Part shown: positions 27,469 through 38,694 of the stretch, in pieces
Position numbering within the stretch: the stretch's first letter is position 1
Layout: each line of letters starts with the position of its first letter
NCBI GenBank assembly: GCA_035516915.1
Contig: DATIZV010000139.1
Location: forward strand, 1-51,946
Source: Usitatibacter sp.
GTDB taxonomy: Bacteria; Pseudomonadota; Gammaproteobacteria; Burkholderiales; Usitatibacteraceae
DNA: 51,946 bases
Direction of reading: 5' to 3'
Notes under the pieces: model-generated
What the model was told of the DNA's origin: nothing
Seen by the model: the letters and a program-made list of their open reading frames with translations, nothing else
Database searches by the model: none
Position numbers and translations under genes: made by a program

Positions 27469-28481
27469 GGTTGCAGCAGCGCCTTGATCGCGCGCCGCTC
27501 GTCCATCGCGCGATAGCCTTCCGCGACCTTGTCGAGCGGCAGGGTGAGGTCGAAAACCTTCCCCGGATCGATTCTCGCGTTCACCACGAGGTCGATCAGC
27601 TTCGGCATGAACCGGCGCACCGGCGCGGGTCCCCCATGCAGGTGGACGTGCGTGAAGAACATCTGCCGGCCGTCGAACGACACGCCGTGCGGGACCCCCA
27701 CGTACGACATGTAGCCGCCCACGCGCGTCGATCCGAGCGCCTGGCTCATCGACTGCTGGGTGCCCACGCACTCGAGCACGCAGTCGGCGCCGACGCCCCT
27801 CGTCATCTCCCGGATGCGCGCCACCCCTTCGTCCCCGCGCTCCTCGACGATGTCCGTCGCGCCGAACCGGCGCGCGAGCTCCTGCCGCGCCTCGTGGCGG
27901 CTCATCGCGATGATCCGCTCGGCGCCCATCTGCTTCGCCGAAAGCACGGCGAGCAACCCGACGGCCCCATCGCCCACGACCACGACGGTCTTGCCGGGCT
28001 GCACGTTCGCGGCATCGGCTGCGAACCAGCCGGTGCCGAGGACGTCGGAGACCGTGAGCAGGCTCGGGATCATCGCCCCGCGCGGAACGTCGGATGTCGC
28101 CATGAGCGTCCCGTCGGCGAGCGGCACGCGCAGCATCGGCGCCTGCGCCGTGCTGAAGAACCCGCCGTGCATGCAGCCCGATTGGTATCCGGCCCGGCAA
28201 TTGGGGCACGTGTTGTCCGAGAAGGCGAAAGCGCCGATGACGAACTGGCCGCGCCTGATGCCCTTCACGGCGCTGCCCACCTCCTCCACGACGCCGCAGT
28301 ACTCGTGCCCCATGGTCGTCGGGCCGTCGATCGGTTGGGCGCCGCGGTAAGGCCAGAGGTCGGAGCCGCAAACGCACGTCGCGGACATCCGGATGATCGC
28401 ATCCGTCGGTTGCTCGATCTTCGGATCCGGGCGCTCTTCGAAGCGCACGTCGTAGGGCGCGTGGAGGACGGCTCCTTTCAT
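27465..28481 (-). CDS. Zinc-dependent alcohol dehydrogenase family protein
   Basis: CGSDLW, GHEYCG, DNTCPNC...C structural Zn, GDGAVG. Confidence 0.92.
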   Translation of the reverse strand: MKGAVLHAPYDVRFEERPDPKIEQPTDAIIRMSATCVCGSDLWPYRGAQPIDGPTTMGHEYCGVVEEVGSAVKGIRRGQFVIGAFAFSDNTCPNCRAGYQSGCMHGGFFSTAQAPMLRVPLADGTLMATSDVPRGAMIPSLLTVSDVLGTGWFAADAANVQPGKTVVVVGDGAVGLLAVLSAKQMGAERIIAMSRHEARQELARRFGATDIVEERGDEGVARIREMTRGVGADCVLECVGTQQSMSQALGSTRVGGYMSYVGVPHGVSFDGRQMFFTHVHLHGGPAPVRRFMPKLIDLVVNARIDPGKVFDLTLPLDKVAEGYRAMDERRAIKALLQP

Positions 28482-28491
28482 GCGGATCTCC

Positions 28492-28893
28492 TTACTTTCC
28501 TTTGCGATACTCGTCGTCGGTGACCTTCTCCATCCAGTCCACCACCTTGCCGTCGAGCGCTTCCTGCAGGGCGATATGCGTCATCGACGAGTTCGGCGCC
28601 GCGCCGTGCCAGTGCTTCTCCCCGGGCGGTGTCCAGATGACGTCGCCGGGCGCGATCTCCCGAATCGGTCCGCCCCACGCCTGCACGAAGCCGCGCCCGG
28701 ACGTGACGATCAGCGTCTGTCCGCACGGATGGGTGTGCCATGCGCTGCGCGCGCTCGGGTCGAACGTGACGCAGGCGCAGGACATGCGCGAGGGATCGTC
28801 GCCGCTGAACAGGGGCGCCACGCGAACGTTGCCGGTGAACCATTGCTCCGGACCCTTCGAGGTGGCCTCGGACGCGCTGTGCTTCACTTCCAT
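28492..28893 (-). CDS. Cupin domain protein
   Basis: KGPEQWFTGNV, VTFDPSARSAWHTHPCGQTL, PPGEKHWHGA, VDWMEKVTDDEY. Confidence 0.9.
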   Translation of the reverse strand: MEVKHSASEATSKGPEQWFTGNVRVAPLFSGDDPSRMSCACVTFDPSARSAWHTHPCGQTLIVTSGRGFVQAWGGPIREIAPGDVIWTPPGEKHWHGAAPNSSMTHIALQEALDGKVVDWMEKVTDDEYRKGK

Positions 28894-28910
28894 GGCATGT
28901 CTCCCGACCG

Positions 28911-30925
<2,015 letters not shown>

Positions 30926-30938
30926 TGCCGGGGAGGAT

Positions 30939-31015
30939 TGGTAGGCGCGATTGGACTCGAACCAACGACCCCCACCATGTCAAGGTGGTGCTCTAACCAG
31001 CTGAGCTACGCGCCT
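30939..31015 (-). tRNA. tRNA-Val (anticodon GAC)
   Basis: Reverse complement AGGCGCGTAGCTCAGCTGGTTAGAGCACCACCTTGACATGGTGGGGGTCGTTGGTTCGAGTCCAATCGCGCCTACCA: 77 nt cloverleaf, GTTCGA T-loop, encoded CCA. Confidence 0.97.
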
Positions 31016-31031
31016 GCCGAAGGAACGCGAA

Positions 31032-31040
31032 ATTTTATCA
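31032..31040 (-). promoter_or_regulatory. Extended -10 promoter for tRNA-Val
   Basis: TGaTAAAAT on the minus strand, 16 nt upstream of the mature tRNA 5' end. Confidence 0.6.
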
Positions 31041-31060
31041 CAGCATCGAGCGCCGACCGA

Positions 31061-31094
31061 CCCTCTGCCCGGCCCTCTCCCAAGGGAAAGGGAG
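31061..31094. repeat. REP-like palindromic element (CCCTCTCCC..GGGAGAGGG type)
   Basis: CCCTCTGCCCGGCCCTCTCCCAAGGGAAAGGGAG resembles a widespread proteobacterial intergenic repeat; single copy here. Confidence 0.5.
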
Positions 31095-31098
31095 CCCT

Positions 31099-32709
31099 TC
31101 AGCCGCGGGCGATGAGGTCCGCCGCCTTTTCCGCGATCATGATCGTCGGGATGTTGGTGTTGCTCGAGACGAGCATCGGCATGATCGACGCGTCCACGAC
31201 GCGCAGTCCTTCCACGTCGTGGACACGGAGCTGCGGATCCACGACCGCATCGCCGCCCGTTCCCATGCGACAGGTGCCCGACGGATGCCAGCACGTCTGC
31301 GCGGTGGCGCGTGCATAGTCGAGAAGTTCTTCGTCGCTCGCGGCTTCCGCGCCGGGACGCGTCTCGCGCACGATCACCCGTTGCAGCGCCGGCTGCGAGG
31401 CCACGCGCCGGACGGTCTTCAGGAGCCGCACCATCACGTCGCGATCCACCGGGGAATCCAGGTAGTTCGCCTCGATTTTCGGCTGCACCCGCGGATCGGG
31501 CGATTGCACGTGCAGCCGCCCGCGCGATTCGGGGTAGAGGAAATAGCCGCCAATCTGGAAGCCCGAGTGCGGATCGATGCCGGTGGCGCGGCTCGTGGCG
31601 TAGCGGCTCGCCGCGGAGACCAGCGCGCTCTGGATGCGCACGTCCGGGCACGCCAGGCCGTCGCGCGTTCGGACGTACGAGAGCCCGGTGAGCGTCGTCG
31701 TCGCGAAGAGGCCGTCGCGCCGTACGAGATAGCGCGCGAGCGACTTCACGAAGAACCAGCGATCCGACAGCAGGTCGTTCACGGTGACGTGCGGCCGGCA
31801 CTCGAACGTCATCCGCGGCATCAAATGGTCCTGCAGGTTTCCGCCGACGCCGCGCAGGGGTTGCACGACGGGAATGCCGAGCGCGGCGAGCCGTTCGCCA
31901 TCGCCGATGCCCGAGAGCTCGAGGAGCTGCGGCGAGCGCAGCGCCCCGGCGCAGAGCAGCACCTCGCGTGTCGCGCGCACCTCGTGCACGGCATCACCCA
32001 CGCGATAGCGAACTCCGCGCGCACGTCGCCCTTCGAAGAGCACGCGCTCGGCCACCGCGTTCGTCGCCACGTGCAGGTTCGAACGCCTGCGTGCCGGCGC
32101 GAGATACTCGAGGCCCGCGCTGGAGCGAATCCCGTTGCGCATCGAGAGCTGCAACGGCGCGGTGCCTTCGGGTAGCGGGCCGTTGTAGTCGGCCGTTCGC
32201 GGATACCCGGCCTCGACGCACGCATCGAGGAACGCCTGCGTAACGGCATCGGGCTTCAGCTCGGTGACGCCGATCGGGCCGCCGCGGCTGCGATATGCCG
32301 CATCGCCGAACGCGCAGTCCTCGAGCTTGCGGAAATACGGCAGCACGTCGTCGTAGCCCCATCCCGGGCAGCCCATGTCGCGCCACTCGTCGTACTTCTT
32401 CGGGTGGCCGCGCACGAAGATCATCCCGTTCACCGAGCTCGACCCGCCGAGCACGCGCCCGCTCGGCCAATACAACCGGTTGCCCTTCATCTGCGGCTGC
32501 GGCTCGGTGTCCGCCTTCCACACGAAGCGCTCGTCGGTGAGGAGCTTCGCGACACCGAGGGGAATGCGCACCCAGATCGAGCGGTCCGATCCGCCCGCCT
32601 CCAGCAGCAGCACGCGCCGCGCGGGATCCTCGCTCAGGCGGTTGGCGAGCACGCAACCGGCGGAGCCGGCGCCCACGATGACGACGTCGTATTCGGGCAC
32701 GGTGGACAT
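31099..32709 (-). CDS. GMC family FAD oxidoreductase (choline dehydrogenase-like)
   Basis: GAGSAGCVLANRLS, GRVLGGSSSVNGM, VGGNLQDH, WHPSGTCRMG, NTNIPTIMIAEK. Confidence 0.94.
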   Translation of the reverse strand: MSTVPEYDVVIVGAGSAGCVLANRLSEDPARRVLLLEAGGSDRSIWVRIPLGVAKLLTDERFVWKADTEPQPQMKGNRLYWPSGRVLGGSSSVNGMIFVRGHPKKYDEWRDMGCPGWGYDDVLPYFRKLEDCAFGDAAYRSRGGPIGVTELKPDAVTQAFLDACVEAGYPRTADYNGPLPEGTAPLQLSMRNGIRSSAGLEYLAPARRRSNLHVATNAVAERVLFEGRRARGVRYRVGDAVHEVRATREVLLCAGALRSPQLLELSGIGDGERLAALGIPVVQPLRGVGGNLQDHLMPRMTFECRPHVTVNDLLSDRWFFVKSLARYLVRRDGLFATTTLTGLSYVRTRDGLACPDVRIQSALVSAASRYATSRATGIDPHSGFQIGGYFLYPESRGRLHVQSPDPRVQPKIEANYLDSPVDRDVMVRLLKTVRRVASQPALQRVIVRETRPGAEAASDEELLDYARATAQTCWHPSGTCRMGTGGDAVVDPQLRVHDVEGLRVVDASIMPMLVSSNTNIPTIMIAEKAADLIARG

Positions 32710-32716
32710 GCCGAAC

Positions 32717-32745
32717 GGGCCGGCCGCGATCGCTCGCGCCGGCCC
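32717..32745 (-). other. Intercistronic stem-loop after dctP
   Basis: GGGCCGG/CCGGCCC plus CGCGA/TCGCG arms between dctP and the GMC gene. Confidence 0.45.
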
Positions 32746-32758
32746 GGCCTTTCGACCG

Positions 32759-33874
32759 CTACTTGTGCTGCTCGTGCGCGGTCTTCACCATGTTGTAGTA
32801 GAGCTCCATGATCCGCTCGTGGTATGGGTACACGTTCTTCGCGAACGCGATCTGCGAATCGAGCACCTTCCGGAAGAACGGGTCCTTCGCCGCGTACTCG
32901 GCCGTCACCTTGTTGCTCGCCGCGATGAACTTCGGGTAGTAGTCGGCCGGAGTGTTGCGCACGACGACGTGGTCCTTCTCCTCCAGCTCCTTCAGCGCCT
33001 GCGAGTTGTCGTAGATGTTGGAGATGTTCGAGTCGGCCACCGTCGCCATCACCGCGACGCGCATGATCTCCTGCAGGTCGGGGGGCAACGATTTCCAGAA
33101 GTCCTCGTTGAGGATCAGCTGCCCCACGTCGGTCTGCTGGTGCAGGCCCTGCAGGTAGTAGTACTTCCAGATCTTCTGCAGGCCCAGCGCGCGGTCGTCG
33201 CCGGGGCCGATCCATTCGGCCGCGTCGATCACGCCGCGCTGCGCCGCGGGCACGATGTCGCCGCCGGGCATCGCCACCGCCGCGACTCCCATGTCCTTGT
33301 AGGTCTGCCCCGGGATGCCGGGCGGCGCGCGGTACTTGAACTTGGCGAAGTCTTCCATGTTGTTGATGGGCTTCTTGAACCATCCGAGCGGGTCCGGTCC
33401 CATCGGCTGCATCAGGAACGCCTTCACCTTCATGTGCATGATGTCGTGCAGCAGCTCGTTGTAGAGCATCTCGCCGTCGCCGCGGTAGAACCACGCGAGC
33501 ATGCTTTCCTGGTCGAGCCCGGTATCGGGCGGAACGTTGGCGAAGAGCACGAACGCCGGGTTCTTGCCGGTCCAGTAGTTGGCCCAGGAGAACGCGCCCT
33601 GGACGACGTTGTTGTTGACGCCGTCGAGCTCCTGGAAGGTGGGCACGACCGCGCCCGCGGGAAGGATGTCCGCCTTGAGGCGCCCGCCCGACATCACGTC
33701 GATCTCCTTGCCCCACTTCTGCATCAGGCCGTAGTACAGGCTCGAGGTCGGCACCACGGTCTGGATCGCGAACTTGTAGACCTTCCCGTCGGCCGCCTGC
33801 GCCGTAGCGCACGCGAGCGCGACGCCGCACGCCGCGAGCACGCCCGCCCATTTCCGGATCGCATTCATCGCCAC
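32759..33874 (-). CDS. dctP: TRAP transporter substrate-binding protein (DctP, TakP-like)
   Basis: Signal peptide; MSGGRLKADILPAGAVV, GWFKKPI, KYRAPPG (conserved Arg), GVIDAAEW. Confidence 0.9.
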   Translation of the reverse strand: MAMNAIRKWAGVLAACGVALACATAQAADGKVYKFAIQTVVPTSSLYYGLMQKWGKEIDVMSGGRLKADILPAGAVVPTFQELDGVNNNVVQGAFSWANYWTGKNPAFVLFANVPPDTGLDQESMLAWFYRGDGEMLYNELLHDIMHMKVKAFLMQPMGPDPLGWFKKPINNMEDFAKFKYRAPPGIPGQTYKDMGVAAVAMPGGDIVPAAQRGVIDAAEWIGPGDDRALGLQKIWKYYYLQGLHQQTDVGQLILNEDFWKSLPPDLQEIMRVAVMATVADSNISNIYDNSQALKELEEKDHVVVRNTPADYYPKFIAASNKVTAEYAAKDPFFRKVLDSQIAFAKNVYPYHERIMELYYNMVKTAHEQHK

Positions 33875-33952
33875 TCCTCCTTTGCTTTGCCCTGCACGCC
33901 CCTCGCGGGGTCCCGTGTTACGCCGCGGCGGAGCGCCGGCCGCGACTCCTCC

Positions 33953-35272
33953 TCACTGCAATCCGGTGACCGAGGGAAGCCACGTCACCAGGATCGGGAA
34001 CTTCACCAGCACCAGCACCACGGCAAGCTGCAGCACCACGAACTGCACCATGCCGATGTAGATGTTCTTCATGCTCCACTGCGGCACCACGCCCTTGAGG
34101 AAGTACGCCGAGAGCGCCATCGGAGGCGTGAGCCAGGAAGACTGGAGCGTCACCGCGACCAGGATGCCGAACCACAGCATGTCGAAGCCGAGCTGCTTCA
34201 CCACCGGGATGAAGATCGGAACCACCACGAGCACGATCGGGATCCACTCCAGGGGCCCGCCGAGCACGAAGATCACGAAGAGCATCACGAGCAGCATCGC
34301 GGTGGGCGGCAGCGGCAGCGACGTGAGAGCGTCGGTGATGAGCGTGCCGCTGCCGAGGCGCGCGAACACGGCGCCGAAGAAGTTGGCCGCGCCGATCAGG
34401 AACATGATGAAAGCGCTGGTTTCGAGCGTGCGGAAGACCGCGGTCTTGAACCGGGACCAGCCCATGCGGCCGTACGCGAGCGAGAGGACCACCGAGGCGA
34501 ACGCGCCGGTCGCGGCGGCATCGGTCGGCGTGGTGACGCCCGCGATGATGAGCCCGAGGGTCGCCATGATGACGGTGGCGATCGGCACGACGCCGAGGAC
34601 GATCTCCTTCGCCTTCTGCCATCCACCGGGCGGCGTCCCCTCGTACAGCAGCGGCGGCCCGAGCGCCGGGTTCAAGTGACTGCGCACCAGCGCGTACACG
34701 AGGTAGACCGCGGAAAGGATCAGGCCGGGGACGATCGCCCCGGCGAAGAGGTCCGAGACCGGCACGCCCATGAGCGGCCCCATCACGATCAGCATCACGC
34801 TCGGCGGGATGAGGATGCCGAGCGTGCCGCCGGCGGCGATGATGCCGGCGGACATCCGCGTGTCGTACCCGCTGCGGATCATGATCGGCGCGGCCATGAC
34901 GCCGAGAACCGTCACGGAAGCTCCGACGATGCCGGTCGCCGCGGCGAAGATGGTCGCGACCAGCATCACGATGAGGTAGAGCGAGCCCTTGAGCCGCCCG
35001 AGCGTCATGCGCAGCGCCTCGAACATCCGGTCCATGAGGCCGGACTGCTCGAGCACGTAGCCCATGAAGAGGAAGAGCGGGATCGCGGCGAGCTCCACGC
35101 TCGTCATGAGCCCGAAGAACTGGTAGGTGAGGAGATAGAAGACCTGGTCGCCGATCGCCGCGTAGCCGAACACCAGCGCGACGAAGATGAACATGAACGC
35201 CATCGGGAAGCCGGTGAGCACGCCCAGCACGGCGACCACCAGGGAGACCACGCCGAGGACCGGATTCGACAT
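33953..35272 (-). CDS. dctM: TRAP transporter large permease DctM
   Basis: LAAIPLFLFMG, FAAATGIVGASV, GGTLGILIPPSV, LTPPM. Confidence 0.92.
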   Translation of the reverse strand: MSNPVLGVVSLVVAVLGVLTGFPMAFMFIFVALVFGYAAIGDQVFYLLTYQFFGLMTSVELAAIPLFLFMGYVLEQSGLMDRMFEALRMTLGRLKGSLYLIVMLVATIFAAATGIVGASVTVLGVMAAPIMIRSGYDTRMSAGIIAAGGTLGILIPPSVMLIVMGPLMGVPVSDLFAGAIVPGLILSAVYLVYALVRSHLNPALGPPLLYEGTPPGGWQKAKEIVLGVVPIATVIMATLGLIIAGVTTPTDAAATGAFASVVLSLAYGRMGWSRFKTAVFRTLETSAFIMFLIGAANFFGAVFARLGSGTLITDALTSLPLPPTAMLLVMLFVIFVLGGPLEWIPIVLVVVPIFIPVVKQLGFDMLWFGILVAVTLQSSWLTPPMALSAYFLKGVVPQWSMKNIYIGMVQFVVLQLAVVLVLVKFPILVTWLPSVTGLQ

Positions 35273-35276
35273 CGCG

Positions 35277-35831
35277 TTATCTCGACGGCGGGAAAGGCCG
35301 GTCGGTGCGCGCGGTCCACTGCGCCTTCAGCACCTCGGCGAGCCCCTGCAGCAACAGCAGCGCGAGCGTGACGGGCATCACGATCTTGAGCGGGTAGATC
35401 GCCGGCATCCACGGGCTTTCGGGATAGGTCTCCTGCTGGCGCACCGACTGCACGGCGAACCCGAGGCTCACCCAGAAGAAGATGCCGATCGCGGGGAAGT
35501 AGACGCCGAGGTAGAGCACGAGGTCGATGATCGCCTGCCACTTGGGACTCAACGCCGTGAGCAGGAAATCGGCGCGCACATGGCTGCCGTTGCGCAGCGC
35601 ATACGCCGCGCCGAGCATGAAGAGCGTCCCGGCCATCATGTACGTGATGTCGTACGCCCACACGGTCGGCCGGTCGAAGATGTAGCGCGAGACCACTTCG
35701 TACACCAGCGCGCCCGTCATCGGGACGATCACCCACGCGGCGAGCTTCGCCACGGCGACCGAGGGGAATTCGAGCAGGCGGATCGCTGCGAGCAACGCAT
35801 CCGGCGGCGTGCGTGCGCCCGCCTCGGCCAT
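35277..35831 (-). CDS. dctQ: TRAP transporter small permease DctQ
   Basis: YEVVSRYIFDRPTVWAYD, LGAAYALRNGSHVRAD; 4 TM; GGAGGA RBS. Confidence 0.88.
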   Translation of the reverse strand: MAEAGARTPPDALLAAIRLLEFPSVAVAKLAAWVIVPMTGALVYEVVSRYIFDRPTVWAYDITYMMAGTLFMLGAAYALRNGSHVRADFLLTALSPKWQAIIDLVLYLGVYFPAIGIFFWVSLGFAVQSVRQQETYPESPWMPAIYPLKIVMPVTLALLLLQGLAEVLKAQWTARTDRPFPPSR

Positions 35832-35908
35832 GGCCTTCCTCCTCCGGGGAGAGTGGGCGCCCGGCCCTCGAACGGGGCTCTTCGCGACGGGACGCCGTCC
35901 CGACCGCC

Positions 35909-35938
35909 ACGCTAGGGGAGAGCGCGGCGCGGTGTCAA
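35909..35938 (-). promoter_or_regulatory. Sigma70-like promoter for the dctQMP-GMC operon
   Basis: TTGACA-N18-TAGCGT on the minus strand; imperfect dyad AATGTCCACAAGTGAGACTATT at 35958-35979 nearby. Confidence 0.5.
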
Positions 35939-36022
35939 GCGAAATCCAATACCGCCGAATGTCCACAAGTGAGACTATTGCCGGCGTGCGCCCGGAGCCC
36001 GGTGCGCCGCGGAGGAGCGACG

Positions 36023-36865
36023 ATGGCGGTGAAGCACGCGAAGGCGGCGAGGCCCCGCGAGGAAGGCGGGACCCGGAGCAGGAAGCCCCGCGAAGACGAC
36101 CCGAAGGCCGCGGGCCGCCAGCCGCGCGACCTCGTCGCGCGCGTGGTGCGTGCGCTCGAGTACGCGGCGCAGTCGACCCGGCCCGTCACCGCCGCGGAGT
36201 TCTCGACCCAATGCGGCGTTCCGCGCGCGAGCGCCTACCGCATCTTCGCGCGGCTGCAGCAGGAGCGCGTGCTGCTCCCCGAGCCGAACGGCCGCGGCTA
36301 CGCCAAGGGCCGGCGCTTCGCCGACCTCGCAGCCGCGGTCCTCGTCCAATCCCCGAGCTACGGCGCGCGCCACCGCGTGCTGCGCTCGCTGGTCGACGAG
36401 ATCGGCGAGACGTGCAACCTCACGATGCTCGTCGGCTCCGAGATCGTGTACATCGACCGCGTCGAGACCGACTGGCCGCTGCGCATGCACCTCGCGCCCG
36501 GCTCGCACGTGCCGAGCCACTGCACCGCGACCGGCAAGCTCCTGCTGAGCCTGCTGCCCGAGCGGCAGATGAAGGCGCTGGTGCGCGCGGCGCCGCTGCG
36601 CCGCTACACCGAGCGCACCATCACCGATCCCGCGAAGCTCGTCGCGGAGCTCGTGCGCACGAGGCGCGCCGGCATCGGCATCGACGACGAGGAGTTCGCG
36701 GCGGGCATGGTGGCAGTGGCCGTTCCCGTGCTCGACGAGCGCGGCCGTGCGCGCGCGGCGATCGCGGTGCACGCGCCCGCGGTACGCCTCCCGCTCGACG
36801 CGGCGAAGCACCACTTGCCGGCGCTGCGCAAGGCGGCCGCGGCGCTTTCGAAGCTGCTCTTCTGA
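36023..36865 (+). CDS. IclR family transcriptional regulator
   Basis: HTH VPRASAYRIF; IGETCNLT, VYIDRVE, HCTATGKLLL, DDEEF; GGAGGAG RBS. Confidence 0.92.
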   Translation: MAVKHAKAARPREEGGTRSRKPREDDPKAAGRQPRDLVARVVRALEYAAQSTRPVTAAEFSTQCGVPRASAYRIFARLQQERVLLPEPNGRGYAKGRRFADLAAAVLVQSPSYGARHRVLRSLVDEIGETCNLTMLVGSEIVYIDRVETDWPLRMHLAPGSHVPSHCTATGKLLLSLLPERQMKALVRAAPLRRYTERTITDPAKLVAELVRTRRAGIGIDDEEFAAGMVAVAVPVLDERGRARAAIAVHAPAVRLPLDAAKHHLPALRKAAAALSKLLF

Positions 36866-36881
36866 GCTTGCCCCGCTTCGC

Positions 36882-38069
36882 CTACGCCGCCTGCAGCCAC
36901 AGCCCCTTCAGGTACTCGCCCTCGGGGAAGTGGATCGAGACGGGATGGTCGAGGCCGGGACCGAGGTGGCGGCGGATCTGCACGTCGGCCTTCGCGTCCG
37001 CGGCCGCGCCCGCCACGATCTTCTGGAACAGATCCGGCGACACGGCGCCCGAGCACGAGAACGTGAGGAGGTGGCCGCGCGGCGCGAGGAGCTTCATCGC
37101 CCAGAGGTTGATGTCCTTGTAGGCGCGCGCGGCCTTCGGCACGTGCTTCTCGGTCGGCGCGAACTTCGGCGGATCGAGGATGATCAATCCGAAGTGCCGG
37201 CCCTGGTCGCGCAGCTTCCTCAGGTAGGCGAACACGTCCGCGCCGATCCATTCCGCGCGCGCCGCGTCGAGCGGGTTGGCCGCGAGATTGCGCCGCGCCG
37301 ATTCGAGCGCTTCCCCGGACGTATCCACCGAGACCACGTGCCGCGCGCCGCCCTTCAAGGCGGCGAGGCTGAAGCCGCCGGTGTAGCAGAAGCCGTTCAA
37401 TACGTCGGCATCGCTCGCGAGCGCGGCGGCGAGCGCGCGGTTGTCGCGCTGGTCGAGGTAGAAGCCGGTCTTCTGACCCTTCGCGACGTCCACCTCGTAG
37501 GCGATGCCATCCTCGACGATGCGGACGGCCACAGGCACGTCGCCCAGCAGCGGACCGACGCGCGGCTGCAATCCCTCGAGCGTTCGCACTTCCGCGTCCG
37601 AGCGCTCGAAGACCCTCTCCACCTGCGCGAGCTCCGCGATCGCGGCTCCCCACGAGTCGCGCCATCGCTCGGCGCCGGCGGAGAGGATCTGCACGACCGC
37701 CGTGTCGGCATAGCGGTCGACGACGAGCCCCGGAATCCCGTCGGATTCGCCGTGCGCGAGGCGCATGCCGTCGCTTCCCGGACGCACGATCGAGCGCCTC
37801 GCGATGGAGGCGGCGAGCCGCGTGCGCAGGAACGCCTCGTCGACGCGCTCGCGCTCGTCGAAGGTCCACACGCGAGCGCGGATCTGCGACTCGCCGTTGT
37901 ACGCCGCGCGGGCGAGGAAGCTCCCGTCGTGCGCGACGACCGTCACCGTTTCGCCGAAGCCGGGATCGCCCTCCACGCGCTCGATCGCGCCGGAGAAGAT
38001 CCACGGATGGCGATGGCGCAGCGATTTCTCGCGGCCGGGCTTTAGAATGACTCTCGATTTCGGATCCAT
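36882..38069 (-). CDS. rlmI: 23S rRNA m5C1962 methyltransferase RlmI
   Basis: HPWIFSGA (PUA), GESDGIPGLVVDRY, GQKTGFYLDQRDNR, FCYTGGF, LDPPKFA, TFSCSG, FPEGEYLKG. Confidence 0.9.
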   Translation of the reverse strand: MDPKSRVILKPGREKSLRHRHPWIFSGAIERVEGDPGFGETVTVVAHDGSFLARAAYNGESQIRARVWTFDERERVDEAFLRTRLAASIARRSIVRPGSDGMRLAHGESDGIPGLVVDRYADTAVVQILSAGAERWRDSWGAAIAELAQVERVFERSDAEVRTLEGLQPRVGPLLGDVPVAVRIVEDGIAYEVDVAKGQKTGFYLDQRDNRALAAALASDADVLNGFCYTGGFSLAALKGGARHVVSVDTSGEALESARRNLAANPLDAARAEWIGADVFAYLRKLRDQGRHFGLIILDPPKFAPTEKHVPKAARAYKDINLWAMKLLAPRGHLLTFSCSGAVSPDLFQKIVAGAAADAKADVQIRRHLGPGLDHPVSIHFPEGEYLKGLWLQAA

Positions 38070-38083
38070 TCCGTCATTTTCCC

Positions 38084-38611
38084 ATGACGCGCATCCACGA
38101 CCGCATCCTCGTGAAGGTCGGCGACATCACGCGCGAGACGGTCGACGCGATCGTGAACGCCGCCAACTCGTCGCTGCTCGGCGGCGGCGGCGTGGACGGC
38201 GCGATCCACCGGGCGGGCGGGCCGGCGATCCTGGAAGCGTGCCGCCGCATCCGGGCGACGACGCATCCGAAGGGACTTCCCACCGGCGAGGCGGTCATCA
38301 CCCCCGGCGGCCTCCTTTCGGCGCGCCACGTGATCCACACCGTGGGACCGATCTACGGCGAGCACGGCGGCGAGGAGCCGCGCTTGCTCGCGGCGTGCTA
38401 TCGCAACTCGCTCGCGCTCGCCGCACGGCACGAGCTCGCGAGCGTCGCATTCCCCGCGATCTCCACCGGCATCTACGGCTATCCGAAGGACGAGGCCGCG
38501 CGCGTGTCGCTCGCCGCGATCATGGAGTCGCTCGAGGAGCACCACGGCATCGAGGAGGTTCGGCTGGTGTTCTTCTCGGCGGGGGACGCCGAGTACGTCA
38601 AACGGGTGTGA
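38084..38611 (+). CDS. ymdB: Macro domain O-acetyl-ADP-ribose deacetylase
   Basis: GDIT, AIVNAANSSLLGGGGVDGAIHRAGG, VIHTVGP, FPAISTGIYGYP. Confidence 0.92.
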   Translation: MTRIHDRILVKVGDITRETVDAIVNAANSSLLGGGGVDGAIHRAGGPAILEACRRIRATTHPKGLPTGEAVITPGGLLSARHVIHTVGPIYGEHGGEEPRLLAACYRNSLALAARHELASVAFPAISTGIYGYPKDEAARVSLAAIMESLEEHHGIEEVRLVFFSAGDAEYVKRV

Positions 38612-38612
38612 C

Positions 38613-38694
38613 GAAAACCGGGGTCAGACCCCCATTTCCGCTCGCCGCGCGAGCGGACTCGCCGCTTGGAAATAGTGGTCTGACCCCGGTTTTC
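38613..38694. repeat. REPIN/MITE-like inverted-repeat element (82 bp)
   Basis: Perfect 18 bp terminal inverted repeat GAAAACCGGGGTCAGACC / GGTCTGACCCCGGTTTTC, inner ATTTCC/GGAAAT, internal hairpin TCCGCTCGC/GCGAGCGGA. Confidence 0.8.

Noticed and set aside
31099-32709. Assigning betA
   Set aside because: Generic GMC motifs only; no betB, betI or betT nearby.
32375-35371. 998 aa plus-strand ORF across the TRAP genes
   Set aside because: Antisense shadow of the well-supported dctP and dctM genes, with no motifs.
38084-38611. Macro domain as part of an anti-phage or toxin-antitoxin (DarTG-like) system
   Set aside because: It is a stand-alone YmdB-type protein with no ADP-ribosyltransferase, sirtuin or TIR partner adjacent.
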